Below are positions 1 through 9,745 of a stretch of DNA of 64,000 bases, piece after piece. The position numbers and the translations under genes are program-made. Within the stretch, counting starts at the first letter, position 1, and every line of letters starts with the position of its first letter. Source of the DNA: Escherichia phage vB_EcoD-Elw; the sequence record OR621298. One strand, 5' to 3'. A model generated the notes under the pieces. It had not been told where the DNA came from. It was given only the letters and a program-made list of their open reading frames with translations, and did not search any database.

Positions 1-230
1 TACAAATATATTATACCAATATATACAGTAAAAAGCAACTACAATTTTAAATAAGCCTATGATATTGCATTTAAATAAAAAATTTGCTTGCTTTTAACGT
101 GAGATGTGTGATACTAGATAATCATTTTATATCGCGTGCACGAGTGCGTGATTATACAATTTTTAATAGAAATTGGCAAATAAAATTTTTTGACTCAGAT
201 CATGTTGCAGAACTTTATAGTAAAATATTG

Positions 231-259
231 TTGACATCCGCCCTCGAATGAGTTATAAT
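231..259 (+). promoter_or_regulatory. sigma70 promoter, TTGACA-17bp-TATAAT, upstream of nrdD
   Basis: TTGACA at 231-236 and TATAAT at 254-259 with 17-bp spacing; GGAG-type RBS before the ATG at 289. Confidence 0.75.
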
Positions 260-288
260 AGTAGTCTTAGTTAGAGAAGGAGAGTGTA

Positions 289-2163
289 ATGAATCGTAAT
301 GAAGAACTAAAATATAAAGAAATGCAGGCGTTAATTAGAAACTGCAAAGAGATTATCGAAGGGTCAGCGGATGAAGAGCTGCTGTTTAATAATGCCAATA
401 AACCCTCAGAACGTTTCCCTACACAGAGGGATATGCTTGCAGGTGAATTGAGTAAGTATCTGATTCTAGAAGAAATGCCAATTCAGATTCGAAATGCTCA
501 TATGATTGGGGATATTCATTTCCATGATGCTGATTATGCTGCATTAGGCATGACTAATTGTTGTCTGGTAGCTCTGGAAGATATGTTGAAGAATGGTATG
601 AAGGTTGGTAATGCTGAAATTAGCACTCCAAACTCTATCACTACTGCAGCGGCTATTACTGCTCAGATTATCACTCAAGTTAGCTCCCATCAGTATGGGG
701 GCACTTCCGTGGATCGCCTTGATGAAGTATTAGCTCCTTATGTTCGTAAATCCTATGACAAAAATCATGCGTTTGCAAAACGTTGGACTAAGGATGAAGC
801 CAAAGCATCAGTAATGGCTACGGAGATGACTGAAAAAGAAGTCTATGACGCTTGTCAGGGTTTAGAATATGAAATCAATACCATGTTCAACTCTAATGGT
901 CAGAGTCCATTTATTACCTTTGGTTTTGGTCTAGGAACTTCTTGGGAAGCACGTCTAGTACAGAAAGCAATATTGAAAGTACGCATGGATGGTTTAGGTA
1001 TCAATAAACGTACAGCTATCTTCCCGAAACTGGTATTTGTACTTCGTGATGGCGTAAATATGAAACCAGGGGATGTTAGTTATGACATCAAGAAGTTAGC
1101 TATGAAATGTACTGCTGAACGTATGTATCCAGATTATATCAGCTATGACAAGGTTGTAGAAGTTACTGGAGACTATAAAGTTTCTATGGGCTGCCGTTCA
1201 TTCCTAGCTGCTACAGAAGATGGTGAAACTGCTGGTCGTAATAACTTAGGTGTTGTTTCTGTAAACTTGCCTAGAATTGCTATCGAAGCTGAAGGAAATA
1301 TTGATCTATTCTTTGATTTGCTTGAGCTACGTGTGGATACAGCGTTAAAAGCATTGGAGTGGAGAGTTGATCGCTTAAAATACATCCAAGCTAAAGCTGC
1401 ACCCATCCTCTATATGTCAGGAGCCTTTGGGTTACGCTTGGAGCCTGATGAATATGTATTCGATCATTTCTATAACCGTGCTTCTGTATCTCTAGGATAT
1501 ATTGGTTGCCATGAAATGCTACAGTTCATGTTTGGCAAAGATGTAGATACAATGTCCGAGACCTGCATCAAGTTTGTTCAGCGTGTGCTGCAGTACATGC
1601 GAGATAGAGTCGATCAGAAGAAGGAGGAGACTAAGTTAGGTTATAGCCTGTATGCTACACCGTCGGAATCCCTATGCGATCGTTTTTGTCGTCTAGACCG
1701 TGAATATTTCCCGGAGCATGAAGATATTCTGTCCAAAGGATACTACACTAACTCTCACCACCTTGATGTGGAACGTAAAGTTGCTCCCAACGTGAAATTT
1801 GATTATGAATCTAACTTTACTCCGATTGCTTCTGGTGGGTGTATTTCCTATGTAGAACTACCGGATATGAAACGATTCCCAGATGCACTAGAATGGGTTA
1901 TTAATTATGCTGCTAGTAAAGTTCATTACTTCGGTATTAATACTCCGGTGGATTCTTGTGGTAAATGTGGATTCTTAGGTGAAACAGTAGCATCCGAAGA
2001 TGGGTTTAAGTGCCCTATCTGTGGTAATCATGACCCCGAAACTCTTGAAGTAACTCGTCGAGTTTGTGGGTATCTTGGAAATCCAGGTGCTCGTCCATTT
2101 AACCCAGGCAAACAGCATGAGGTTATGGGCAGAGTGAAACATCAGGATATTCGAGCTAAATAA
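289..2163 (+). CDS. nrdD: anaerobic ribonucleoside-triphosphate reductase (class III RNR)
   Basis: 624 aa; C-terminal glycyl-radical motif RVCGYLG and Zn-ribbon CGKCGF...CPICG. Confidence 0.85.
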   Translation: MNRNEELKYKEMQALIRNCKEIIEGSADEELLFNNANKPSERFPTQRDMLAGELSKYLILEEMPIQIRNAHMIGDIHFHDADYAALGMTNCCLVALEDMLKNGMKVGNAEISTPNSITTAAAITAQIITQVSSHQYGGTSVDRLDEVLAPYVRKSYDKNHAFAKRWTKDEAKASVMATEMTEKEVYDACQGLEYEINTMFNSNGQSPFITFGFGLGTSWEARLVQKAILKVRMDGLGINKRTAIFPKLVFVLRDGVNMKPGDVSYDIKKLAMKCTAERMYPDYISYDKVVEVTGDYKVSMGCRSFLAATEDGETAGRNNLGVVSVNLPRIAIEAEGNIDLFFDLLELRVDTALKALEWRVDRLKYIQAKAAPILYMSGAFGLRLEPDEYVFDHFYNRASVSLGYIGCHEMLQFMFGKDVDTMSETCIKFVQRVLQYMRDRVDQKKEETKLGYSLYATPSESLCDRFCRLDREYFPEHEDILSKGYYTNSHHLDVERKVAPNVKFDYESNFTPIASGGCISYVELPDMKRFPDALEWVINYAASKVHYFGINTPVDSCGKCGFLGETVASEDGFKCPICGNHDPETLEVTRRVCGYLGNPGARPFNPGKQHEVMGRVKHQDIRAK

Positions 2164-2170
2164 GCTAATC

Positions 2171-2203
2171 AGCCGGGTTGCTAGTCGACCTGGCTTTTAT
2201 TTT
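2171..2203 (+). terminator. rho-independent terminator after nrdD
   Basis: 8-bp stem agccgggt/acctggct (one G-U pair) followed by a T-tract. Confidence 0.6.
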
Positions 2204-2205
2204 AT

Positions 2206-2234
2206 TTGCTTTCAGCCAAAAATTTATATATAAT
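2206..2234 (+). promoter_or_regulatory. early sigma70 promoter with conserved leader
   Basis: TTGCTT 2206-2211 and TATAAT 2229-2234, 17-bp spacer; leader ataaatttgagaggag precedes the ATG. Confidence 0.7.
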
Positions 2235-2262
2235 AGATTTATAAATTTGAGAGGAGAAAGAT

Positions 2263-2643
2263 ATGGAATTAAAGCACTATATAGTTGAATCTACATGTGG
2301 TAGTTTCCATCTGGGTGTAGATGATGTTGCTGAGGCTGTCTTTGCTGCCACAGGTGATTACTCGCATATAGAGGGTGTTGGATACCCTACCATTATTGGC
2401 GATTGGGTGGGAACAAATCTAGATGTATCACCTTATAACCCATATTGCTTGTTTGATGAAGACAGAGATGAAGTAAAATGTAATCTTGAATTTGTGTATA
2501 ATAGAGTGTTAAAAGTATACCAACGTAGCCCCAATGGGTACGAAGATATTACTTGGAGTATTAAACAGTATCTTAAAGATGTGTACTCTAGTTTTTCTGA
2601 CGAAGACCTAGAAACAGTTGCAGTGGAGTTTAATAATGACTAA
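2263..2643 (+). CDS. hypothetical early protein
   Basis: 126-aa ORF directly behind a strong promoter and RBS. Confidence 0.55.
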   Translation: MELKHYIVESTCGSFHLGVDDVAEAVFAATGDYSHIEGVGYPTIIGDWVGTNLDVSPYNPYCLFDEDRDEVKCNLEFVYNRVLKVYQRSPNGYEDITWSIKQYLKDVYSSFSDEDLETVAVEFNND

Positions 2644-2842
2644 GAATGTGAAACACCTTAAATATCGCTTAATTTACAACGGACGTATGGAAACAGAAGA
2701 TCTGGCCCAGTTAGCTATTAATTCTAATGAGGTTACGGTGCGTGCGCTGGCAATTGAAAAGTTGCGTGCTTCTTATGAAAATCGTGTTATGGAACTAGAG
2801 GAGAAACTTTATGGCATTCTCGAAGCCGATGCTACCAGATAA
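2618..2842 (+). CDS. hypothetical small protein
   Basis: 74-aa ORF, start overlaps the upstream stop. Confidence 0.35.
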   Translation: MQWSLIMTKNVKHLKYRLIYNGRMETEDLAQLAINSNEVTVRALAIEKLRASYENRVMELEEKLYGILEADATR

Positions 2843-3032
2843 GGGTTTAAACTCCGCTTTGGAAAACGCATTAATGCAGCACTGGGAAACTGGCTATAAG
2901 GATGGTGTTGAATCCTGCGCTACTATGCTAGAAGTTATTGCTAATACCTTAATGGAGAAAGGCAATAAAGAATTAGCTGAGCTATTAGACAGTATTGGGC
3001 AAAACTTCAGAGAACAGGTGAAAAATGCGTAG
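2811..3032 (+). CDS. hypothetical small protein
   Basis: 73-aa ORF in a tightly packed operon. Confidence 0.35.
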   Translation: MAFSKPMLPDKGLNSALENALMQHWETGYKDGVESCATMLEVIANTLMEKGNKELAELLDSIGQNFREQVKNA

Positions 3033-3849
3033 ATTAATTATTATTAGCGGTGCAGGTTTGAGTGTTGAAAGTGGTGTACGAGCTTTTCGTACTGATACTG
3101 CTAGTGGTAAAGCACTGTGGGATGATTATGATCTAGAAGAAGTATGTAATATTCATGCCTTTCGTGGTAATTTTTATCATAAAACCCATATGTTTTACAA
3201 CAAGCGTCGTGAAGAGCTAAAAACTGTTGAACCTAACCTTGCGCATCTTCGTATTGGTGAGTGGTATAAACAATACCCAGGTCAAGTAGTAAACTTGACT
3301 ACCAATGTTGATGACCTTATTGAACGTGCTGGCGTTCCACATAGTGACATTCTGCACATTCACGGATATTTAAAAGAGGTTGTTGTAGCTGACAGCTACA
3401 ATAGTAGTAATAAACGAATTATTGATGTTGGGTATAACTCTATTGACCCAGATGATTATAAATGGGTTAAACCTAATGTAATCTTCTTTGGTGAGCATGC
3501 TCCAGCATATACAGAAATGTACAATGTTTTTGATGGTATTACCAGTCAAGATATGATCATTGTGGTTGGTTGCTCTAACCAAGTAATTAACTTCTACTGG
3601 GAATTATTTCCTGTTCTTAATTTGACTGCTGCCAAATTAATGGTAGTTAACTACTATGATAGTGCCCTAGCGACAGAGCCGGGCTACCAAGGTATGACTC
3701 GTAGTGAGATGTACCAGCTGGAAGAACGCGGTATCCCTTACTGGAGTAAAGGGGCTGTAGATGCCTTCAGTGACCCTGATTTTATTGCTCGTGTAGAAGC
3801 TCATCTAGAGGGTAGACCTTATATGCCGGGGAAACAAATATGTCCATAA
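3025..3849 (+). CDS. SIR2-like NAD-binding protein without a Zn-ribbon
   Basis: Sirtuin motifs ISGAGLSVESGVRAFR, TTNVDDL, IHGY, KPNVIFFGE, VVGCS; no CxxC...CxxC pair. Confidence 0.6.
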   Translation: MRRLIIISGAGLSVESGVRAFRTDTASGKALWDDYDLEEVCNIHAFRGNFYHKTHMFYNKRREELKTVEPNLAHLRIGEWYKQYPGQVVNLTTNVDDLIERAGVPHSDILHIHGYLKEVVVADSYNSSNKRIIDVGYNSIDPDDYKWVKPNVIFFGEHAPAYTEMYNVFDGITSQDMIIVVGCSNQVINFYWELFPVLNLTAAKLMVVNYYDSALATEPGYQGMTRSEMYQLEERGIPYWSKGAVDAFSDPDFIARVEAHLEGRPYMPGKQICP

Positions 3850-4022
3850 TTAAATCTGTGTATACACACCCTGATGATATATTTGTATGGGCGGACGGTA
3901 GTTGGTGTTATCGCTGTGAGTTGTGGGAAATGGACTATAAATCCGATGACTATGGTGTTATATATGTGGATACGGTTGAGTATGATACGTTCTTAGAAAG
4001 GAACAAAAATGGAAATAAGTAA
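3840..4022 (+). CDS. hypothetical small protein
   Basis: 60-aa ORF, coupled starts. Confidence 0.3.
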   Translation: MSIIKSVYTHPDDIFVWADGSWCYRCELWEMDYKSDDYGVIYVDTVEYDTFLERNKNGNK

Positions 4023-4515
4023 TACTCCAATTATTTTTCTAGACATTGATGGGGTGCTCAATTCGAGCATCTCCCACCATCATGCACCTGATGATGAAAA
4101 GATTTTCTTTGGAAGTGACTGGGTTTTCAAACCACTTCTCAAGGCTTTTCAGGACTTTATTCGTCCTTCTCCGATAATGATTGTTGGAGTATCCTCATGG
4201 TTCTCTGTCAGGAATGAGATGGAGAACGTTCAGATTATGACCGGATTAGGTCTTATCGATCGTTTTCTTGGTACAACGGATTTTACCGGGGGTGGATTAT
4301 CTAGGGGTAATTCTGTTCTTCGCTTCGTTGAAAAGCATAAGCTCAAACATTGGTGTGTGCTGGATGATGCCGGTGCTATGATGTATCAGTATCCAACGGT
4401 TATAGTCAATGGTAGAACAGGAATAAATCTTCAGGATTTAAAAGCTGTTAGCTATATGCTAGAATTTAGCCCAGATCTTGAAATGTGTAAATCCTTACAA
4501 CAATTTAAGGTGTAA
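4009..4515 (+). CDS. HAD-like phosphatase (putative)
   Basis: N-terminal IIFLDIDGVLNS (HAD motif I) and a later LDDAG motif. Confidence 0.45.
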   Translation: MEISNTPIIFLDIDGVLNSSISHHHAPDDEKIFFGSDWVFKPLLKAFQDFIRPSPIMIVGVSSWFSVRNEMENVQIMTGLGLIDRFLGTTDFTGGGLSRGNSVLRFVEKHKLKHWCVLDDAGAMMYQYPTVIVNGRTGINLQDLKAVSYMLEFSPDLEMCKSLQQFKV

Positions 4516-4517
4516 AT

Positions 4518-4946
4518 ATGTTCAATAATGTATTCTCTAAAGAAGCTAACCCAATTTTGGTTAACTTTTGGCGTACTCTCCCGGCTAGCCTGTATAATGA
4601 GGCTATTAACTCCTTGAAAATATGGTGTGAGAATAACGAAATCTCCTTTGCTTTTAAAGATGATATTGATGAGGCCCCCTGTATTGGTCTAGTTGTGCAG
4701 GTAGAGGAGGGTCTTGAAGAGATTGTGGGCTGGAAAGAGTTAGACGAAATGGGCTTAGTTTTTGCGTTAAATTATAAGCTGTTTATGCCTGCTAAGCATC
4801 GCCTAGTTGTTAACTATAAAACTAGTGAATCTCCTGGTTTTCAGGTTAATGAACGTTATGGTTGGTCTTACTCACCGGAAGAAGTAAATGATGGTATCCA
4901 AAAACTTCGTCGTTTTGGTTATCAAATTCCGGGTTTAACCGCCTAA
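4518..4946 (+). CDS. hypothetical protein, tandem paralogue A
   Basis: 142 aa; shares DEAPCIGLVV, ELDEMGLVFALNY and YQIPGLT motifs with the next ORF. Confidence 0.5.
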   Translation: MFNNVFSKEANPILVNFWRTLPASLYNEAINSLKIWCENNEISFAFKDDIDEAPCIGLVVQVEEGLEEIVGWKELDEMGLVFALNYKLFMPAKHRLVVNYKTSESPGFQVNERYGWSYSPEEVNDGIQKLRRFGYQIPGLTA

Positions 4947-4955
4947 GGGGGCATA

Positions 4956-5348
4956 ATGGAACAAGTATATTGGCGTCAGATTGATCCTAGTTTGGTGAAG
5001 CGTGCGGAGAAGCTGCTACAACGTTGGTTGGTGGTAAGACAAGTCTCCTTCACTTTTCCGGAGCAGCAAACGGATGATCCATGCATTGGCGTTTTCCTGT
5101 CTGGATATGCCGGGGAATGGGAATTGGATTGGAATGAATTGTCTGCTATGGGCTTGATTGTTGCCCTAAACTTCTCTATATTCCATCCACGTGGTTTGGC
5201 CATATGTCGTGTGCCTGATGACGGTTGTTCGCCCCATCTTTTACAGGTGGAAGATGATATTTGGGAGTACACTCCAGATATTCTCGCAGAAGCTAAAGAA
5301 CAATTAAATCGTGTTGGGATTTATGTTCCGGGCTTAAATGATGGATGA
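4956..5348 (+). CDS. hypothetical protein, tandem paralogue B
   Basis: 130 aa; DDPCIGVF, ELSAMGLIVALNF and IYVPGLN motifs parallel the preceding ORF. Confidence 0.5.
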   Translation: MEQVYWRQIDPSLVKRAEKLLQRWLVVRQVSFTFPEQQTDDPCIGVFLSGYAGEWELDWNELSAMGLIVALNFSIFHPRGLAICRVPDDGCSPHLLQVEDDIWEYTPDILAEAKEQLNRVGIYVPGLNDG

Positions 5349-5439
5349 TTTTTATTAGCTAAACTCTGATTACCGAGTCATTTTGGCTCGGTTTTATCCG
5401 TACTTAAGACCAATGATAGCACCATCCGGAAAATTTTAC

Positions 5440-5468
5440 TTGCATGATGCCCAAAATCTTGATATAAT
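5440..5468 (+). promoter_or_regulatory. early sigma70 promoter with conserved leader
   Basis: TTGCAT 5440-5445 and TATAAT 5463-5468, 17-bp spacer; leader tatttatattgaattgagag. Confidence 0.6.
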
Positions 5469-5965
5469 ATTTATATTGAATTGAGAGACATTAGTAAAAA
5501 TTGATTTTGCTAATTTTTCTTGTTTACAATCCGCGATACGGAACAGTTAGGCTGCCCCATTAAGGGTTGTTTTAACTATTACTAGTGTTTATATTGCATT
5601 AGTTAATCTTCAATTAAGTGATCTGTGTACCCTGAATTCGGAAAGGTAAATCCAAACCGTGCATATTTAGCTCGTTATATAGGCAGAGTTTTATATGGGG
5701 GTGCGAACGAAAAGAGCAGCGAATGGCGGCACGTACAGTAGTCACCTACCAATAGGATAGTGAGGACAAATAGAATCGGCTTAGCGGCCAATGACCTAGG
5801 TTCTATTCTGTATATGAGCGAAGAGAGCACAGCACTGAGATATGATAACTTATTCATATTGCTTGATGATAATTAATGTTTACGTAAATAGTAGTAATAG
5901 TTGTTCTATTCTTTCTGAATAGTCCTAAAGAAAAGATTTCGATTAACCAACACAGGAGTATTGTT

Positions 5966-8755
5966 GTGTTTTCTATTCTCCAAGGTCACGCCGGATTTTC
6001 TCGTGATTTAGCAACAGGTATTTGGCGAGAAATCAAAGCGGAAGATTATACCTTTGCCAAGCGATTCTCGAAAAAGCATCCAGAAGGTAAACCAGCTTCT
6101 ATGCCCTTCAAATTTGATGTAATAGAAGAGCATGACCCGCAAAGCCTTGCCGAAATGTTACCACTTATGAGACGTTTAACGTCTGACCCTCATATCGTTG
6201 CGGTACGAGGTCGATGTCTTGCACCTAAAAATAACGTGCGACGTAAGAAAGGTAACTTTAATGTATCTAATCCTAGTAATATTATTGCTATGGACGTGGA
6301 TGGTATCCTAGATACCGGTGGGTATGACAAGTTTAACCTTGTTGGTATGGCCCGCCACATTATTAAGATGTTGAATAGTATTAGTGAGGACATGTTCCCT
6401 CTTGATGCAGGCTTTATAGCTCATGCATCGTCTTCGGCTGGGCTTAAACCAGGTATCCGAATGCACTTAATGCTAGAATCTAACGTCAAGGTAACTCAGG
6501 GTCAGTTAAAGTTCTTATTTACATCTATCAACGATAGTAGTAAGCAAAAATTTGGTTTTGATATTGCCGACTTAGCTTATTATTCATCTGTCCAGCTCCA
6601 CTATTTTGCCGACCCCTTATTTAGTGATGGTATTGTTGATCCGTTTAAAGCGGAGAGTAAGCCACGTCTGGTGTATGTTAAAGGTTCGAAAGTAAATTTG
6701 CCCAATAATCTGGTTGACTATGAAACAACTAGAGGGGAGTTTAAGGAAGAGTTTTATTCTTTACTTGATCAAATTAAAGGCAAAAAGATCGCGTCTGATA
6801 AAGTAGAAGAAACCATCAGCGAATTGGAAGAAGCTGAGGATGGGGTGTACCTGCGTATTATCCCCAAACTATACCATAGAGCATTAGAGGATGGTGTTGA
6901 TTTTGCATGGCTAGAACGTGAGATTAAACCCGCTTTATCTGAATATATTGCAACTAAAGATAACAGTCGTAATATTCAAGATTACTTTAATAACGGTCGT
7001 AAGCAGGCTCTCAAAGCGTTTGTTAATAATTCTAAACGTGAGATTCCATTAAATCTGAAAGGTGTTCCGCTCAAGAAGTTAGAAGTGGATTCTCCACCAG
7101 AAGTTCCGTACCTGAAGATTAACATTGTGCCTCCAAAAGGCCATATAACATTTGTTAAGGCAAGTCTTGGTACTGGTAAAACTACGGCAGTAACTAAATG
7201 GCTGGACGCAGGTGTTCTTCCTGGCAACTTTTTAGCAGTTACAAATACTAGAGCACTGGTATCTTCAAACGCTAAGAAATTTAGCGCAGGACAATATGAT
7301 AAGTCTGTAGATATGCTCAACTTTAAACGTGGAGCTATTGATCGTATGTCCACAACTATTCACTCTTTGCATAAGTTCAAAAGTTTTATTGGTCAAATAG
7401 ATACCATTTTTATTGATGAATGTGATGCTGTAATGAATGATCTATTATTCGCACCTGTTGTTAAGCAACGTCGCGAATGTATTCAAGTTCTACGTGACAT
7501 CCTCATGACAGCTAAAACTGTAATTCTATCAGATGGTGATATTAGTGCCGAAACTATTGAAGCATATGGTTCTCTAATTGATTTTGATAAACCAGTAGCA
7601 TTTTATAATCATCACCGTAAGATGCTGTCAAAAGCTCATGCTTATGAGTTCCCGGATGAGTCCAGTATTTGGGTTGCACTTCAGACTTCTCTAGAGATGG
7701 GTGAGAAATCTATCCTAGTATCTGATTGTGGGCCGGATGAACTGAATGAGAAGGGCATGGCGTTGCGTCGTAATACGGGTGCATTAGTTAAGGAAATCCA
7801 CTCAAACTCTACGTCTGATGTAGATATTAGACGTATTCTGGATTACACAACTAATGAGCTAATTGACCAACAAATTGATTGCTTATTATGTAGTCCATCT
7901 GTAACGAGTGGTGTTGACTTTAACTATTTTGATAACGTATTCGTTATCACTAGAACTAGCAACCAAGCGCCAAACATGCGTTTCCAAGCAATCAGGCGCG
8001 ACCGTGGTGCTCAGAATATCTATTATTTTATTGATAAATCCACTAGTGGGTTCTCCGCAGGTTCTGAACAATATAATATTGATGAAGGTTGGCTGGAGTT
8101 AGCACAGCAATTATACGCACGTCGCAGAGAACTAGAATCTAGGAACTATACTAGTACTTTACGTTATTACTTGCTTGATCAGGGTGCAACTATTGATATT
8201 TTCAGCGAAAGCTGGGGAACTATTGAAGGTGCTGGTAAAGAATACACAGAAGAGCGAATCAAAGCTATCCTACATTCAACTCCGGATTACTGTGCACCAC
8301 GTCATGCGGATGCGTATGAGGCTAAACTACTTCTTGTTCGCTATTATCATCTTGAGTCTATTAAAGATGTAACAGTTGAGCATGTTGAACAATATATCAA
8401 AGATAAACCGAATGATCGAGCTGCATTCTTCCATAAGATGCACGAGATGTTCTGGGAAGATATTAAGAAGTGTTCAAATGTGACCATTAAACCATTCATA
8501 GAGGCTCTGAAAGGTAAGAAGAAAGACTTCTTCCTTAAAACAGGTCAGAGTGCTAACCCAAAATATGCTAGAATGTATCTTGGTATGATGGGTATTGGTA
8601 AGGATATGAACACTGAAAATATTGTAGACTGGTACAGAACCTATTGTAAAATCGAGTGTATGCCAATCCCATATAAGTTTATGACTGATGAGGAGAAACA
8701 TATGCATGATGAAGCAATGGCAGAGCTAGGTGCTAGAAATGACAGTGAAGAATAA
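5966..8755 (+). CDS. P-loop NTPase, putative helicase or replication-initiation ATPase
   Basis: 929 aa; Walker A SLGTGKTTAV and DEAD-like IFIDECD; GTG start with AGGAG RBS. Confidence 0.55.
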   Translation: MFSILQGHAGFSRDLATGIWREIKAEDYTFAKRFSKKHPEGKPASMPFKFDVIEEHDPQSLAEMLPLMRRLTSDPHIVAVRGRCLAPKNNVRRKKGNFNVSNPSNIIAMDVDGILDTGGYDKFNLVGMARHIIKMLNSISEDMFPLDAGFIAHASSSAGLKPGIRMHLMLESNVKVTQGQLKFLFTSINDSSKQKFGFDIADLAYYSSVQLHYFADPLFSDGIVDPFKAESKPRLVYVKGSKVNLPNNLVDYETTRGEFKEEFYSLLDQIKGKKIASDKVEETISELEEAEDGVYLRIIPKLYHRALEDGVDFAWLEREIKPALSEYIATKDNSRNIQDYFNNGRKQALKAFVNNSKREIPLNLKGVPLKKLEVDSPPEVPYLKINIVPPKGHITFVKASLGTGKTTAVTKWLDAGVLPGNFLAVTNTRALVSSNAKKFSAGQYDKSVDMLNFKRGAIDRMSTTIHSLHKFKSFIGQIDTIFIDECDAVMNDLLFAPVVKQRRECIQVLRDILMTAKTVILSDGDISAETIEAYGSLIDFDKPVAFYNHHRKMLSKAHAYEFPDESSIWVALQTSLEMGEKSILVSDCGPDELNEKGMALRRNTGALVKEIHSNSTSDVDIRRILDYTTNELIDQQIDCLLCSPSVTSGVDFNYFDNVFVITRTSNQAPNMRFQAIRRDRGAQNIYYFIDKSTSGFSAGSEQYNIDEGWLELAQQLYARRRELESRNYTSTLRYYLLDQGATIDIFSESWGTIEGAGKEYTEERIKAILHSTPDYCAPRHADAYEAKLLLVRYYHLESIKDVTVEHVEQYIKDKPNDRAAFFHKMHEMFWEDIKKCSNVTIKPFIEALKGKKKDFFLKTGQSANPKYARMYLGMMGIGKDMNTENIVDWYRTYCKIECMPIPYKFMTDEEKHMHDEAMAELGARNDSEE

Positions 8756-8972
8756 AAAATGGGAAACAAGGAAGTTCCCAGTAAAAGAACGTAAAGTTCC
8801 TGTTTATGATACTTCGGAAAAGCTATGTAGGGTGGTACCACGTAGATTAGCTGGTATCCCTAACATATCCGAGTGGTTACTTAAACAACGGAAAACAAAC
8901 GTGTCTCTTCGCATCGGCTTTGAATTAGATAAAGTCTATGCTGAACTTGCTTCTTTGCTCAAGGAATCGTAA
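8730..8972 (+). CDS. hypothetical small basic protein
   Basis: 80-aa ORF overlapping the preceding stop. Confidence 0.3.
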   Translation: MLEMTVKNKKWETRKFPVKERKVPVYDTSEKLCRVVPRRLAGIPNISEWLLKQRKTNVSLRIGFELDKVYAELASLLKES

Positions 8973-8980
8973 AAATTTAT

Positions 8981-9009
8981 TTGCTTTCAGGAAAAATTTT
9001 CTGTATAAT
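8981..9009 (+). promoter_or_regulatory. early sigma70 promoter with conserved leader
   Basis: TTGCTT 8981-8986 and TATAAT 9004-9009, 17-bp spacer; leader ataaatttgagagaggag. Confidence 0.7.
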
Positions 9010-9040
9010 AGATTCATAAATTTGAGAGAGGAGTTTAAAT

Positions 9041-9745
9041 ATGGCCGGTTCTCGCAGAAAGAAACATATCCATGAAATCCCGGATGAAGTCTTTAAAAAA
9101 GTTATAGAGCATCTGGAGAACGGTGGTACTAAGAAAGCAGCTTGTGAGATGCTCGGCGTATCATCCAATCCAACTATGGAAAGGATGATTGAAGAGTGGC
9201 AAGACCGCCAGATTCAAGTTGCCGAAATGAAGAAAAAGAAACGTGGCACACTCATTGAAGGTATTGAGTTGGCCAACGTTATTGAACAGTATTTATCTGG
9301 TGATTCTTTTGAAGAGATTGCCGATCGTAATTATCGCTCTGTAGCAATGGTTAAATCTGTTCTGGAACGCTATGGTGCTCTGCTTCGTTTGAACGATATT
9401 GTAGACCCGTTGAATCCTCCTATTATTCCTGATGATGCTGTAGCAGAAGAATTTGAAGTTGGTGAGCTTGTTTGGGTTCCTGGATACCAGTGTATCGGTG
9501 AAATCAAAAAAGCAATGGATAATCCTGTTGGTTGCTACCGTGTATGGCTTCTATCGGAAGGCAAACAACAGAACGTTCATTATATGAATTATGAGCTGGC
9601 TTCTGTTAAACACCTGGAAAAGTTAGGAGTTGATGTAAAATCTCTGGGGTATAAATGGACTCGGGAAGAAGTCATTACGTTGATTAACGAAGCTGTTAAG
9701 GCCGCCTTGAAACTTGATAAAGAAAAAGGAAAACGCCGTGAGTAG
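9041..9745 (+). CDS. putative HTH DNA-binding early protein
   Basis: 234 aa; N-terminal HTH-like segment GGTKKAACEMLGVSSNPTMERM. Confidence 0.45.
   Translation: MAGSRRKKHIHEIPDEVFKKVIEHLENGGTKKAACEMLGVSSNPTMERMIEEWQDRQIQVAEMKKKKRGTLIEGIELANVIEQYLSGDSFEEIADRNYRSVAMVKSVLERYGALLRLNDIVDPLNPPIIPDDAVAEEFEVGELVWVPGYQCIGEIKKAMDNPVGCYRVWLLSEGKQQNVHYMNYELASVKHLEKLGVDVKSLGYKWTREEVITLINEAVKAALKLDKEKGKRRE

Noticed and set aside
1173-1406. Antisense ORF inside nrdD, representative of many 60-120 aa ORFs nested in or antisense to long genes (e.g. 6982-7353, 17188-17436, 24291-24890, 44903-45814, 47925-48278, 60603-60974)
   Set aside because: Each is fully contained within a well-supported longer gene, on the opposite strand or in another frame, without start signals; typical spurious ORFs.
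5470-5960. Possible tRNA gene in the long non-coding leader
   Set aside because: I could not identify a convincing acceptor stem/T-arm (GTTCNANNC) cloverleaf by eye; left as a possible ncRNA pending a proper scan.
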